From Paraphysomonas bandaiensis (Eukaryota; Protista; Chrysophyceae): DNA of 37,633 nt. Within the stretch, counting starts at the first letter, position 1. The number at the start of each line of letters is the position of its first letter. Under the pieces are notes generated by a model. That model was not told the origin of the DNA and did not search any database. It saw nothing but the letters and a program-made list of their open reading frames with translations. The stretch lies in contig CBFFRP010000336.1 in NCBI GenBank assembly GCA_965644295.1, positions 1 through 37,633 on the forward strand. The letters are read 5' to 3'. Below are positions 20,359 to 33,754 of the stretch, piece after piece. Position numbers and translations under genes: made by a program.

Positions 20359-23300
20359 TGTTGTCATGTAACACATGTCAACAACATGATAAATTATTTC
20401 GTTCATGTCAACCACTGCTCAACTTCCTTATCTTGAATCGTCATGATATAATACTTCAGTTTCACAGTTATAGCTATATAGCACCTTTGACTATTGACTA
20501 CGTATTACTGTTTTTCACATTGTATTTAACGTATTCTACAGTACTATCTTAGAGAACCATATGTATTCCAACATTCCTCTTCAATGTAAAAACGAGTAAT
20601 CGTCATTATACTGCAGCTATATATATCATCTAGTCATCTTATAAAATAAAACGGATGTGAAAATCTTCATAAAGATACTGTGGACATCATACTTCGCTGT
20701 AACACAGTTATGTGGGATTCTTACCCACTAAAAACACACCCTTCACCTTTCTTGAACCGCTTCTTCTGATTCTTCTCAACTTCATTTGAAATGCTCCTCT
20801 TTTCCCCTGTGATAGTTTATTCATGGAGTTTAAAAAGCTTTGTAGATAACGCTTTTGTAAATATGTCGGCCGCCATATCCTTACTCGATACATGAATCAA
20901 TCTGGCTGTAGGAAACCTTCCATTTAGGTGTTCCCGAACCCAGTGGTACTTTATCTGAATATGTTTGATCTTTTGTGGTAGACTGGATTTTCTGACAGAT
21001 CTTTTGCACTCTTGCTGTCCATGAAGAATGGGGTTGGCTTCGTCTATGCGAGTCCTAGCTCTCGTAGCACCCCCCGTAGCCACACCAGTTCTCGCATGGC
21101 CGCATATTCAGCCATATACTCGGACTCCATACTGGAAGTTGCAACTGTAGTCTGCAGTTTGGACTGCCATGCGATTGCTCCAGCACATAAGAATACACTA
21201 TAGCCGGTAGTTGAACGTCTCGTTAGTATATCACCTGCCCAGTCCGCATCACTAAATACATATGTAAATCAAACTTACTCCCACTGAATTTGATTCCTTT
21301 GCTGATGGTGCCTCTCAAATATTTCAATAAATGAATAGCTAAACGACACGATGCGTATGTAGGATTACTACTGTATCTCGACAGCAATCCGACGACATAG
21401 GCAAGATCTGGTCTTGTATGAAGTGCTAGATATAAAATGGCTCCTATTATACTTCGATATATAGAAATGTTGATACCCATTGTTCTTGTTCTGCGGTGAG
21501 TTCTCTTTCTGTAGCTAGTATTTCCTGTGAATTGGACGGTAGTGGTGCTTCTTTGTTCTTTGGGCTATGTCCCATGACAGATTTGAATTTCTGTACCACA
21601 TTCTCTGCGTATTTAGACTGATCTAATTTGAACCAATCCACACCTCTCGTAATCCTAATATTCAGGAAACTCTCGCACTCTCCCATGTCACGCATTTTGA
21701 ACGTCTGATAGAAGCTTTCCTTGTTGACAAATATTAAAAACTCAAGGTCCACAGATGCTATTATGATATCGTCTACATACAATATAGCAATAATGTGAGT
21801 TTTGCATTGTGCCAACGATAATAGAGACACGTACAGTATCAAGAACACATGCGTTGAATTTCATTGATTTGATGAATTTGTCTATGTGGCGATTCCATTG
21901 ACGTGGTGAAGACCGCAATCCGTATAATGCTTTAATCATCCGTCCCCGAGTTCCTCATCAGGCGTTGGATACATGTACACTTTTTCGTCTAAATTTGCGT
22001 AACTAATGCCGAGCTAACATCAAGTTGGTGCACATGCATATGGAATTACTAAACGAATGGTAATCCCTTTTACCACAGGCGCAAATGTCGATGGCTCCTC
22101 CTCAATCTTTTCTTGGAGATTCTCTCTAATGCGACAAGTCTTCAGGGATGGTTGCACCAAGGTGCTTGCAGCAATGCACAAGCAGTCCCGAGACAACTCA
22201 GTACTTATTAGCAACTTTGCTACCTCTAGTCTAAAGTAGTAGATAGCTAAACAAAGTAGTTCTTTCCTGTAATAATCAGATCTTTATATAATGCGACAAG
22301 TCTGGCTTTTTATATTTCTGGATATTTCGTAGAATATCTCGCTTGACCATATTGGCACCTGATCAGTTTTACACCAGACGGTCTTCGAACTATCTTCAGT
22401 ACGCCTCTTCGAAGTAGAGCTTTCTTCTCTGTTCGTCTGGCTGCTCTCCATTCCTCTACCTGAGGGGACCTCTCTGCCTCAAAGTAACTGTGTGTGGTTC
22501 ACTGACATGTTCATTCTCTCAGTACTCTCCTCTGAATCCATGACATTTACATCGGCATCCATTACCTCTATCATGTTAATTTCTCCTAACACTGAGGCAT
22601 TAGCTAGCCTCCTCCGTAAACGCTTACGTTTCTCTGTATCCCTTTTAGATACTCTCTGTAGGGGGTGTTAGTACTGTTAGAATTTATAGTATCAGTATAT
22701 TCAGGTACTCCCTGTTTTACTGCTCGATCAGCAGGTTCTCCCTGAGCTGCATCTTCATCAAGTACTCCTTGAGACATATCTTCATCAGGTGCTCCCTGAA
22801 TAATACCATGGTTAACTAGCTGCTCCTGATGGCTCTCAGGTGCAGGGATAGTGGACGTACTCCGTCCATCAGTGGTACTAGAAGCGTCCCTCGTTCCCGT
22901 ATATCCCGTGTATCCAGGCGTATTCCTTGTCATTACCTGAACATCTTCTATATGTATGGGTACCTTCTGCTTAATGTGGGTTCTCCCCGCAGTTACAAGT
23001 GACCGATATCCAACAATGACACCCTTTCTTTCTACCACTCTGGTGGTCTTGTACAACAGCCCGTCTTCATCGTCTATGTAAAAAGTCTTCACGAGATGCT
23101 GATAATCATTCACCGTCTTTGGTCTAGGTGCTGTTCGTACTCGGAGTGCGTCGATTTCTGCGTAATATTCCTCGGTGCGGGAAGGTATACTATCGTCTGT
23201 GAGTATATGTACACACGTGATTACCTTATCGGTTGCTGGGAGATACACCTGGTATCCAACTTTATCTTCCGAATATCCCACTAGGTATCCAATCTTTGAT

Positions 23301-23380
23301 TTGTCGTCCCAGTCCTTACGCCTGTCAGCCTTAGGTGTCAATATATAAGTTTTGCACCCCCATACTCTAAAAGTCGGAGG
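20359..23380 (-). mobile_element. Decayed, 5'-truncated Copia element related to the first one
   Basis: Fragments RVWGCKTY..PKADRRKDW, TFAPVVK, KALYGLRSSPR, LYVDD, TRPDLAYVVG, KHIQIKYHWVRE, ADIFTK with many frameshifts; minus-strand PPT TTGAAGAGGAA then TGTTGG at 20573. The far LTR end (20359) is a guess. Confidence 0.88.
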
Positions 23381-23841
23381 AAGGCGATGACCAGAGGTCA
23401 AATGGTCAAAACCAGGTCAAATATGCTATTGGCTAAAAGTTTGTATTTTATGTGTCTAGATTCTTTCTAACATGTTTGTAGCTTGTTTCTACTGCTCAAA
23501 ACATTATATTTGTTCATTATTTACAAAATAAAATTAGCGATATAAGCATTATAATTACCATATATATATAATAACTATTAACTATAGAAAATATATTATA
23601 CATAATATAACAATATTCAACAGTTAAGTCATAACATATATAGTTAATAATGCGTTTCAGAACTACTCAAACATACGAGCAGTACAACTAATCCAAGATA
23701 CAAACATAATTACATAGGCTGATACTGTGGGGGATACTGGAGGGGATACCACGTGTTGCTGTGATTGCATACTCAAGATGAAAGCCTCATCATACGTCGT
23801 CTGAACCTGCAGCTCAGCTTCATTCCAGCGTGAAGTACATT

Positions 23842-25661
23842 TACCTTGATTAAGCAGAGCTTGCGCTTGCATGTATTGCAAAAGAGAGGAAAGGGTAGAA
23901 GAGCAGGGCCCAAGTGTCATTTGTTGTGCCGTTGGCTGCATGTGAGGAGTGCATGTGGGTGTTATTGCTAACCCGAGGTATTTACTCCGGGTGCAGCCAC
24001 TATATGTGAATAATAAGGAAATGTAAGAAAGAAGAAAGGAAAATAAGAAGAGGAATGTGCTTGTTAATAGCCTTACAATAGCTCAGGCACCCCCAAGCTC
24101 TTATAATTGGACACCTCCAACTACGTGTTAAGGTGTAAGGCACTCTAACAAAAACTGAACAGCAAGCAGAACACAAAATAACTCACAAAGAACCACTCAT
24201 GTTCTACAAGCTATCTAGAAACACACAATAACATCTAGAACAATATTCTACAAAAGATTTCACAAGATTTGGTTGATTATGTGGACATATCAGTTTTCTG
24301 GAACACTCCCGTAGAATGCTATGAAGACCAACTCCAACCAACAGAGTCTCCAGCACACCAAAATGAGAATATTGTCCAATCATATGCTTGTACTCGACAA
24401 TATACCGTCACTGTACTATAGACCATACACAGATATACAACAGCACAATACTGTATACTCAGAATCATATACAGCATTATACAATCGTATATACAGAGGA
24501 GTACAAGGTCTCATACATCCCGCATACCAGAGTAGCATCCAGGAGTATACAGCAAATACAGTAAATACGGTAAATACGGCATACGACAAAAACAACAGTT
24601 GAGAAGAGACTGAAGATGATGATGCTCGTAACACTCATTGCAGATACATGCCAACGCTCCATAACCAGTAAGAGATGAATGATGACACTTGGCACACTAG
24701 TCAAGTCCATAATGACAGACGTCTGACGCAAGCCACGGCTCCAAACATCATGAACACGAGAAGTTAGAGTCCACTGCGCTCCACAGGAATATGAAGACCA
24801 CACAGAGAGTACCAATGGCCTCATGACAAGATGAATGGACCCTCAGGCGTTACAATGTGTACATATACCATACATACGTCATATTCATGTCATGTATATA
24901 TGCAGATCGTGCTTATGACAAGACTTGGATCTTATACAAGCACGTGTACACCATACCCTATAGTATGCAAGTGATAAGAGTGTGATAATGGATATAGATG
25001 GTAATACACATACATATAGAGATAGAAGAAGGTATAGATGAATGTGAATGCACTATATTGATATCTAATTCTTTCTATCTGCAGCTAGAGAAGAATTAAC
25101 ACCAACACAGCATAGAGTGTTATATGTGTACAGTGTGATAATGGATAAGGTGCATAATGTATGTCATATGTGTATAGTGTGAGTGATGTTGGTGATATAG
25201 TAATTAGTGTGAGTGCATACAATGCAATATCAATACAATGATGACATGCAGTGCAAGGCATAGTGTTGTGTACATGCAAGCATACATATTATAATATACA
25301 CAATATGTATCACAAGCAAGAGGTCTCACTCTTACTAGCGTAGCCCATATAAGTATCCAACCATAGCCATAGCACTCACCAGTAGATAGACATCCAAATC
25401 TCACTCACAGGAGTATAGTTGAACGCCACAGCGTTACACTACCTTTTCCCACCTCTCTTACGTATCTGCTGAAGAACAATTTGCAGCACGGCTGCACAGT
25501 GTCACAGGTGGATACCCGCCAGTGAAGTGTTGAGAAAGAGTCCCAACAACTTGAGGTACGTCTACCTTGATTAAGCAGAGCTTGTGCCCGCATATACTGC
25601 AAAGGAGAGCAGGGTATAGATGAGGGTGGCCCAATTGTCATGTGTTGGTCCGCTGGTTGCA
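23842..25661 (-). repeat. Diverged 99-bp direct repeat pair (23842-23940 and 25563-25661)
   Basis: QPTAQQMTLGP..LQYMQAQALLNQG versus QPADQHMTIGP..LQYMRAQALLNQG; similarity stops at a CAAG|GTA donor-like site. Confidence 0.75.
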
Positions 25662-26506
25662 CTTGGTCCGAAGGTAGCATAATATTATATATTCCTTCCC
25701 AGATTTGAAATTCCTAGTGCGGACCATTGATAAGTAAATGACCTTGTTGGTGCTTTTATTAACCCTAGCCCGAGGACAAAATAGTTGAAGAGTGTAGAAA
25801 TGGATACCATGACCTCGAGGTTAACAAAAAGTCTCAGTGTGGTACCATGAACTTCTTCCGAACGTAACAGTGGCTCCTCCCTGAGTACTCGATGAAGAAG
25901 GAAGATTCAGAGGTCATATAAAGTCGGTGTGATCATGAAACCTGGTAAAGTGATTTCACCAGGTTTCATATATGCAAAAGTGTTGTATATGTACTTATTT
26001 GAAGACTAGGGTGAATGATAATTACAATTTAGTTGTTTTTATATTTTCAATTATAATATATTTTAAAAATATTTTACTAAAATATTGTATTATATTGTTA
26101 CTTTTCATATAAATCTACTGTTGTATTACTACTTATGAAAAGACAGGACCCGCCGGCTCTTCCTGAGAGCCACCACTGGAGTACATATCTAGAGTGTTGG
26201 AATATGAATCCAAGTCATCCATTACTTTAACATGTATGCTGTATATATATGTCTATGTCTATATGTTTATATGTTAGTATGTTTATATGTGTATGATATA
26301 TCACTTGAGAGGAGTGGATCAACTCAACTCAAAAAAATGATGAATTCTGAATTCCGAATATTCGGATACCTACAAACCTGGTAAATCGGGGCCCCCTCAA
26401 ACCAAAAAACAGTCCCATATGACCGTCAACACTAATTCCTTCAATAACTACACACCCAATCAACTAACACATACAACGCCATGTCCCTCGTATGCACACG
26501 AGTGTT

Positions 26507-28711
26507 CATATCATAAGGACACCTCTCCGCTCATCCATACTACTGCTGCTTTCAACCAGCAATGTGAGGTGAACAACTGTATCGGCAGTGTTACCTGGTG
26601 TCCATCCGCTGTCCTCCGTAAAGCCTTCATTTACACTTTACACTGGTAAGAATGGAGATAAGTAGAGACATTGACTCTATGTGATTTGGTGTGTGTTTTC
26701 ATATGAAGGCTCGGGAATGTTAATACTCTGTCTATAATGTATATATTATATATATATAGCCTCATAATAGCGGACTGATTCCTTATGCCATAGAGTGACT
26801 CTGGATAGAGAATCTACATCGAAGATTATTTACTCTCCTCCAATACAGCTTGAGTAATCTCTCTGGCTTGTTAAAAGTAACCTATTGGCGTATGCTTGTT
26901 TCGTTGCGTGCTCTTCGTGGAGTGTAGATATCACTCCACTATCGCCCTATAGGAATTGCCATTTGATCTCCCTGGCTTTTCCGGAACGCAACACCTCTCA
27001 CAGAGATCACCACGTTTGCTTGATGACTACGTACCATGTACAGTAGGTTCACGATGCAACTTGTACTTATGTTAGTCCTGCCTTGTATGATATGAGTTCT
27101 GGATTGATTGTATAACGTTTCCGTGTGCCTTATATATAATATCTAATTAAGATAGTTTCATCCTGCCTTTGTTTGTATTTAGAAATCAGATATCCACGAA
27201 TTGAAGAAGAAACACACTATATTCTACCATGTTATTATACCATTATTTGCTTCATACTGCAACATGTGTATTACATTACATACCACTGAGAGTATTAATG
27301 TCCAATATAGTGGAAAAACAAATGCTCATTAAGTTAAAGAATAACTGGTTAATATCACAGGAAACGTTCTCTTCCGACGTTGCCCGAAAACGTAAAACTT
27401 CGTGGAACTGTTACTTATCCTGCTTACGAACATCAACATAGACGAACTGACCCATATCCGTCATTGGTCTGAATTAGTTAGTCACGAGAGTGTTGTTACA
27501 AGGTACTATCAGGAGGAAACGGCTTCAAGAGATCCTGCTTAAAGAAAACGGCGTGCAGCAGAGCTCACGTTTATGAGAGAAGAGGACCACTGTGCTACAG
27601 CCGAATGAGTACAAGAAGAAAGAAGGCGGCCAATATCATTGATAAAAATGGCCTTATTATCCGCGGCAGAAAAGGTAGCTGCAACGCAAGCTGCTAAGAC
27701 ATCTTTGAGAGCAGAAAAGGAAGAAGATCGCATTTAGCAAATGAATGATGCGCGTAAAGTACTATCAAATCTAACAATTACGAGGTAGCTTATGATTTAG
27801 CATTCGAAATATCTTTTTATATTTTACGTTCATTACAGTTTTGTTGTCTTCTTTCCAGTGATATTAACCAGTTATTCTTTAACTTAATGATCATTTGTTT
27901 TTCCACTATATTGGACATTAATACTCTCAGTGGTATGTAATGTAATACACATGTTGCAGTATGAAGCAAATAATGGTATAATAACATGGTAGAATATAGT
28001 GTGTTTCTTCTTCAATTCGTGGATATCTGATTTCTAAATACAAACAAAGGCAGGATGAAACTATCTTAATTAGATATTATATATAAGGCACACGGAAACG
28101 TTACACAATCAATCCAGAACTCATATCATACAAGGCAGGACTAACATAAGTACAAGTTGCATCGTGAACCTACTGTACATGGTACGTAGTCATCAAGCAA
28201 ACGTGGTGATCTCTGTGAGAGGTGTTGCGTTCCGGAAAAGCCAGGGAGATCAAATGGCAATTCCTATAGGGCGATAGTGGAGTGATATCTACACTCCACG
28301 AAAAGAGCACGCAACGAAACAAGCATACGCCAATAGGTTACTTTTAACAAGCCAGAGAGATTACTCAAGCTGTATTGGAGGAGAGTAAATAATCTTCGAT
28401 GTAGATTCTCTATCCAGAGTCACTCTATGGCATAAGGAATCAGTCCGCTATTATGAGGCTATATATATATAATATATACATTATAGACAGAGTATTAACA
28501 TTCCCGAGCCTTCATATGAAAACACACACCAAATCACATAGAGTCAATGTCTCTACTTATCTCCATTCTTACCAGTGTAAAGTGTAAATGAAGGCTTTAC
28601 GGAGGACAGCGGATGGACACCAGGTAACACTGCCGATACAGTTGTTCACCTCACATTGCTGGTTGAAAGCAGCAGTAGTATGGATGAGCGGAGAGGTGTC
28701 CTTATGATATG
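26507..28711. repeat. Long inverted repeat, arms 26507-27364 and 27852-28711, spacer about 487 bp
   Basis: Arms are reverse complements with only a few substitutions and one 2-bp indel seen. Confidence 0.95.
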
Positions 28712-30085
28712 TGTGACAAATCCGCATGTAGTCCCATATATCGTAGGGTGAGTGTATCCTGACTACAGTGAGTATACGGCGGTAGGGTAGCTGTTGGGTG
28801 GAGGTATGGGGGTACGTATGTACTTGAGTACGTGTGTACGTATGTAATTGGGTATGAGGTACGACGAGTAGTAGATAGGTACGATGAGTAGTAGATAGGT
28901 ACGATGAGTAGTAGATGAGTACGACTACAGGGACAGCATTACGATAACTGTAGAGATCCACGAAGAAGAGGGGGCAGCGGAATTTAATGGCAACGATCCC
29001 AAAGTGGGGAAGAGCGAAGGGCGGAGCGATGGGAGGACGATGTGGACGGTGCACGGGACACATCACTCTTGGAGGCATGGGGGGATACCGGGACCGGCCA
29101 AGGGACGGCCCCATTCGAGGAACCAGTCTACAACCGTGGGGACGGGAGTAGACACAGTAACAAGGACAGGCCAGGGATGGAGGCCACATGGGAGAGACTG
29201 TACAGAGATTGGAGTGGGTTGCCGGAATATCAAGAGTCCGACGAGGGGGACCCACTAACAGGAAGGCCTGTACGAGCGAGAGAGACCGGAGTGAGGGGTA
29301 TGGAAACCACCAGGAAATTGTTTAGTGAGAAGATGCGGCTAGGGGAATTGGAGCAGGAAGAGAGGGAGTGCAGGCCTGCAGATATTCCATCATGGGTGTG
29401 GGTGCGTCAGAAGTATGCGACAGAGAAAGCAAGAGATCAGCCGGTGATAGAGATGAGAGGGAATCCACGGACAGAGACTCTCATATTTGATCGTAAGTGT
29501 AGGAGCTGCCAGGCAGTACTGAAGGCAGGATCAGCGCCGAAGTATGCTACACAGTGTTGGGTATGCTGGTATAGAGGAGGTCGGAGAGAAGGGAAGATAA
29601 TGAGGGAAGAGGGGCAGACACCGACGAGTAAGAGGGAGGACACAAGAGCAGAGCATTATTGGCAGTCTCATAGGGGAGAAAGAGGGGACGATTATCCGAA
29701 GACACCAGCCAGAAGGGATATAGGGGAAGAGTATCGAAGTACACCAGTGATGGAGGAGTTGGCTGCGATGGGAGTAGGGGGCGGGAGAAGAAGACGAGGG
29801 GAGGAGATGTTGTCACAGGATGAGTGGAGTATGGGAAGTAGGTCCAGTGGTAGACGGAGGACAGATGAGGAGGAGAGCAGACGAGATGGCGGATGGATGC
29901 AGGAGGACATTCAGGTAGCCTCGAAACCCGTGGGACTATCACAGGAGACCCGGAACATGCTTCAGAGGAATATGCTGCTACATCTGGTGAAGCCAGTGGA
30001 ACCAGAACATCAAGACAAGTATGTATGGCAAAGTGAGAGGCTGGTGAGGAGAGAGATACAGAATGTGAGAGAGAGGATGACGGAA
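28712..30085 (+). mobile_element. Deleted copy of the same LTR (28712-28957) joined to the gag-like coding region
   Basis: Same LTR start and 20-bp tandem; purine-rich ORF with CRSC...CWVC; cut at 30085 by the duplication junction. Confidence 0.55.
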
Positions 30086-31264
30086 GGCTTCAAGAGATCC
30101 TGCTTAAAGAAAACGGCGTGCAGCAGAGCTCACGTTTATGAGAGAAGAGGACCACTGTGCTACAGCCGAATGAGTACAAGAAGAAAGAAGGCGGCCAATA
30201 TCATTGATAAAAATGGCCTTATTATCCGCGGCAGAAAAGGTAGCTGCAACGCAAGCTGCTAAGACATCTTTGAGAGCAGAAAAGGAAGAAGTTCGCATTT
30301 AGCAAATGAATGATGCGCGTAAAGTACTATCAAATCTAACAATTACGAGGTAGCTTATGATTTAGCATTCGAAATATCTTTTTATATTTTACGTTCATTA
30401 CAGTTTTGTTGTCTTCTTTCCAGTGATATTAACCAGTTATTCTTTAACTTAATGATCATTTGTTTTTCCACTATATTGGACATTAATACTCTCAGTGGTA
30501 TGTAATGTAATACACATGTTGCAGTATGAAGCAAATAATGGTATAATAACATGGTAGAATATAGTGTGTTTCTTCTTCAATTCGTGGATATCTGATTTCT
30601 AAATACAAACAAAGGCAGGATGAAACTATCTTAATTAGATATTATATATAAGGCACACGGAAACGTTACACAATCAATCCAGAACTCATATCATACAAGG
30701 CAGGACTAACATAAGTACAAGTTGCATCGTGAACCTACTGTACATGGTACGTAGTCATCAAGCAAACGTGGTGATCTCTGTGAGAGGTGTTGCGTTCCGG
30801 AAAAGCCAGGGAGATCAAATGGCAATTCCTATAGGGCGATAGTGGAGTGATATCTACACTCCACGAAAAGAGCACGCAACGAAACAAGCATACGCCAATA
30901 GGTTACTTTTAACAAGCCAGAGAGATTACTCAAGCTGTATTGGAGGAGAGTAAATAATCTTCGATGTAGATTCTCTATCCAGAGTCACTCTATGGCATAA
31001 GGAATCAGTCCGCTATTATGAGGCTATATATATAATATATACATTATAGACAGAGTATTAACATTCCCGAGCCTTCATATGAAAACACACACCAAATCAC
31101 ATAGAGTCAATGTCTCTACTTATCTCCATTCTTACCAGTAATGAAGGCTTTACGGAGGACAGCGGATGGACACCAGGTAACACTGCCGATACAGTTGTTC
31201 ACCTCACATTGCTGGTTGAAAGCAGCAGTAGTATGGATGAGCGGAGAGGTGTCCTTATGATATG

Positions 31265-31975
31265 TGTGACAAATCCGCATGTAGTCCCATATATCGTAGG
31301 GTGAGTGTATCCTGACTACAGTGAGTATACGGCGGTAGGGTAGCTGTTGGGTGGAGGTATGGGGGTACGTATGTACTTGAGTACGTGAGTACGTATGTAA
31401 TTGGGTATGAGGTACGACGAGTAGTAGATAGGTACGATGAGTAGTAGATAGGTACGATGAGTAGTAGATGAGTACGACTACAGGGACAGCATTACGATAA
31501 CTGTAGAGATACGATGGTGATAAGTATGATATGGGTGCTTAAGTGTAGAGCCAGCTTGTAAGTGCAAGATTGCTATGTGAGTCACTCTTTAAGGTTATGA
31601 GAGCATAAGTAAGAAAGTTCTAATAATTGATAGTTATACGATTATCTGAGCTTAAGGGTCTGGTTAATAGTATCTACCAGACACCTAGTAAGATTAGACG
31701 TCACAGCACGTGTAAGAAGTTATCCGCAGGTATGAGCACAAGGTACCCAGCTGATGCATCAAGGCGAAGCCCTCTGCCAAGGACCCCCACATCTCCAATT
31801 GTCTCATGTGGTGGACAACGTGGGCTGCCCTCGCGACCCAGTGGACTTGATCAGCCACGAAGAAGAGGGGGCAGCGGAATTTCATGGCAACGATCCCAAA
31901 GTGGGGAAGAGCGAAGGGCGGAGCGATGGGAGGACGATGTGGACGGTGCACGGGACACATCACTCTTGGAGGCAT
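31265..31975 (+). mobile_element. Gypsy-like LTR (31265-31705) followed by the start of a gag-like ORF, truncated at 31975
   Basis: TGTGAC...GTCACA termini; starts exactly where homology to the inverted arm stops; internal 20-bp tandem AGGTACGATGAGTAGTAGAT x3; ATG at 31732 reads into the same peptide as ORF 29042. No TGG PBS and no pol seen. Confidence 0.6.
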
Positions 31976-33754
31976 TGTAGTTGTTCTTAAGAACAACGTA
32001 TGCTCAAGCAAAAACAACACTGATCTATAACGTTTTAAAAAGATTTTAAGTGCACGCCAGCGGGCTGCTACACTGTTAAGCTCACCAGCGGGTGATGCTC
32101 CTCAACTCAGACGCAAACCGCGAAAGAACTTAAATAAATCGTTATTTAAAACGTGTAATAGAAAAGTGAGTAACATGCTATACAACTCTACAGTAACACA
32201 CACATACAACATCATGTTCAGCATTTCACTTCAGCACACTGTGACCACGTGGCATTTCCCATGCCCCATCTACGTGGCTATAGTATCACGCTATTGAGTC
32301 ACATGCATGGTTACATTGACTTTTAGGACCCTATGTTGGTTTAAGACCCTATATCAGGACCCTATATATTGCTTTAGGACCTTCATTGTGTTCAGGATAC
32401 ATATTATGCAACACCATTTGGACATTGGTAATGTACCACAGTGTATCTACATATTGAGCCAACGTTCGGGTATGATGTCCAATTTTTATCTGCTGCTGAT
32501 GATGTACGACTATGATCTGCTGCTGGTGACTTCGGTCGATGTGAAACCTGCTGCAAATTTATATCAAAGTTATGTGGGCCCGTATTCCTGTGTAGCAGTT
32601 GCAGTATATACTTCCATATACATACATACATGTATTACCCGTACTACCCTATAGGGGGGCAAATACATGTGACCATCACAGGAGAGAAGTCGCTATTATA
32701 CACTTGAGGTGCACGAGTGTTCATGCAAGGCTTATTGGGGTTGGATTGCAATGTGGTATGCGTACTATACGTACTATATGTACCGTATTTATGTATTTCC
32801 TGGATTATGGGGTTTTCAGTCTCTGGTAGGGTATAGATACGTAGTATACGGTGTACTCTCGGCATATGGTGGTGAGCCATTCCCTATCAGGTTGCTGTGT
32901 ATTTTTCAGTTTTGATTGAAGAGTTACACTACCTGTGGTGGTGAGATGATACCACGTGTGTTGCACCATGTTAGGAGTGTGTGTGTGTGCATATATGCTT
33001 CTATGGTGTTTATCACTTGTTTTAAGTTAGACCAAAGCTTGGTGCTAGTGATCTTGGGTGCCAGCGGTATACCATTGCGCGGTGACTCTTCGCGGGAGTC
33101 ACTAACTGAGTTTAGGTCTAAACTTGGAAAAAAGTGTTTTAATAATAATACCGTTATTACTGTGCTTGTTGGTTCAGTGTAGGTGTTGTTGTAGTTTTAT
33201 TGATTACGAGCCAACACCCTGGTTATCAAACCGGGTGTTGTTATAGTAAATATTTACTTTACTGCTCGTACAGAAATTTCTGTCTTTGCGCTGTTGTTTC
33301 ACTCTCTTATAAGAAACTAACTGCGACACGCTTCTTTGGGCTTGATTCTTTGGGTTTGTTGTCTGTTGCCTTCGGTTGCCTGTGGTTGTTGGTTGTCTGT
33401 TGTTCTCTGGGTGTGAGTTGTCAGTAGTTGTTCTCTAGGCTCTTTGTTCAGTGGTGATTGTTTGATACACAGTGTGGTGACTGGGGAAATTCGGTTCTTT
33501 TCGAAGTCAATCGACCGTGGATACCGCCTGTGTGTTAACTGTTGTCACTTGTACAAATCCGACGGGTTCAACGGGCTTGAGTGTTGAGTGTTGAGTTTTT
33601 GGATTCTTACGCAGGGTTGTCTTTGGGATTTGTCTTGGTGTGTTGTTGAGATCTGGGTCAGTGGTTCTAGGAGTTGCCAGGGTTGCTTGTCTCAGTGTGT
33701 TAGGGAAAAGTTTGGTGGATATAGTCTTTGAGGCGGAAGTTCTTCTCATTAACC

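Larger units (their letters stand above)
27521..31975 (+). repeat. Direct segmental duplication: 27521-29078 repeated at 30086-31975
   Basis: Initial offset 2565 bp; first copy lacks 344 bp present at 31511-31854; second copy has a ~10-bp deletion near 31139. Confidence 0.95.

Noticed and set aside
26917-26939. Hairpin GTGGAGTG/CACTCCAC as a Helitron 3' end
   Set aside because: No clear CTRR terminus or boundary; it lies in the middle of a repeat arm.
29042-30262. 406-aa ORF as an intact gene
   Set aside because: Start is deleted and the part after 30085 is read-through across the duplication junction.
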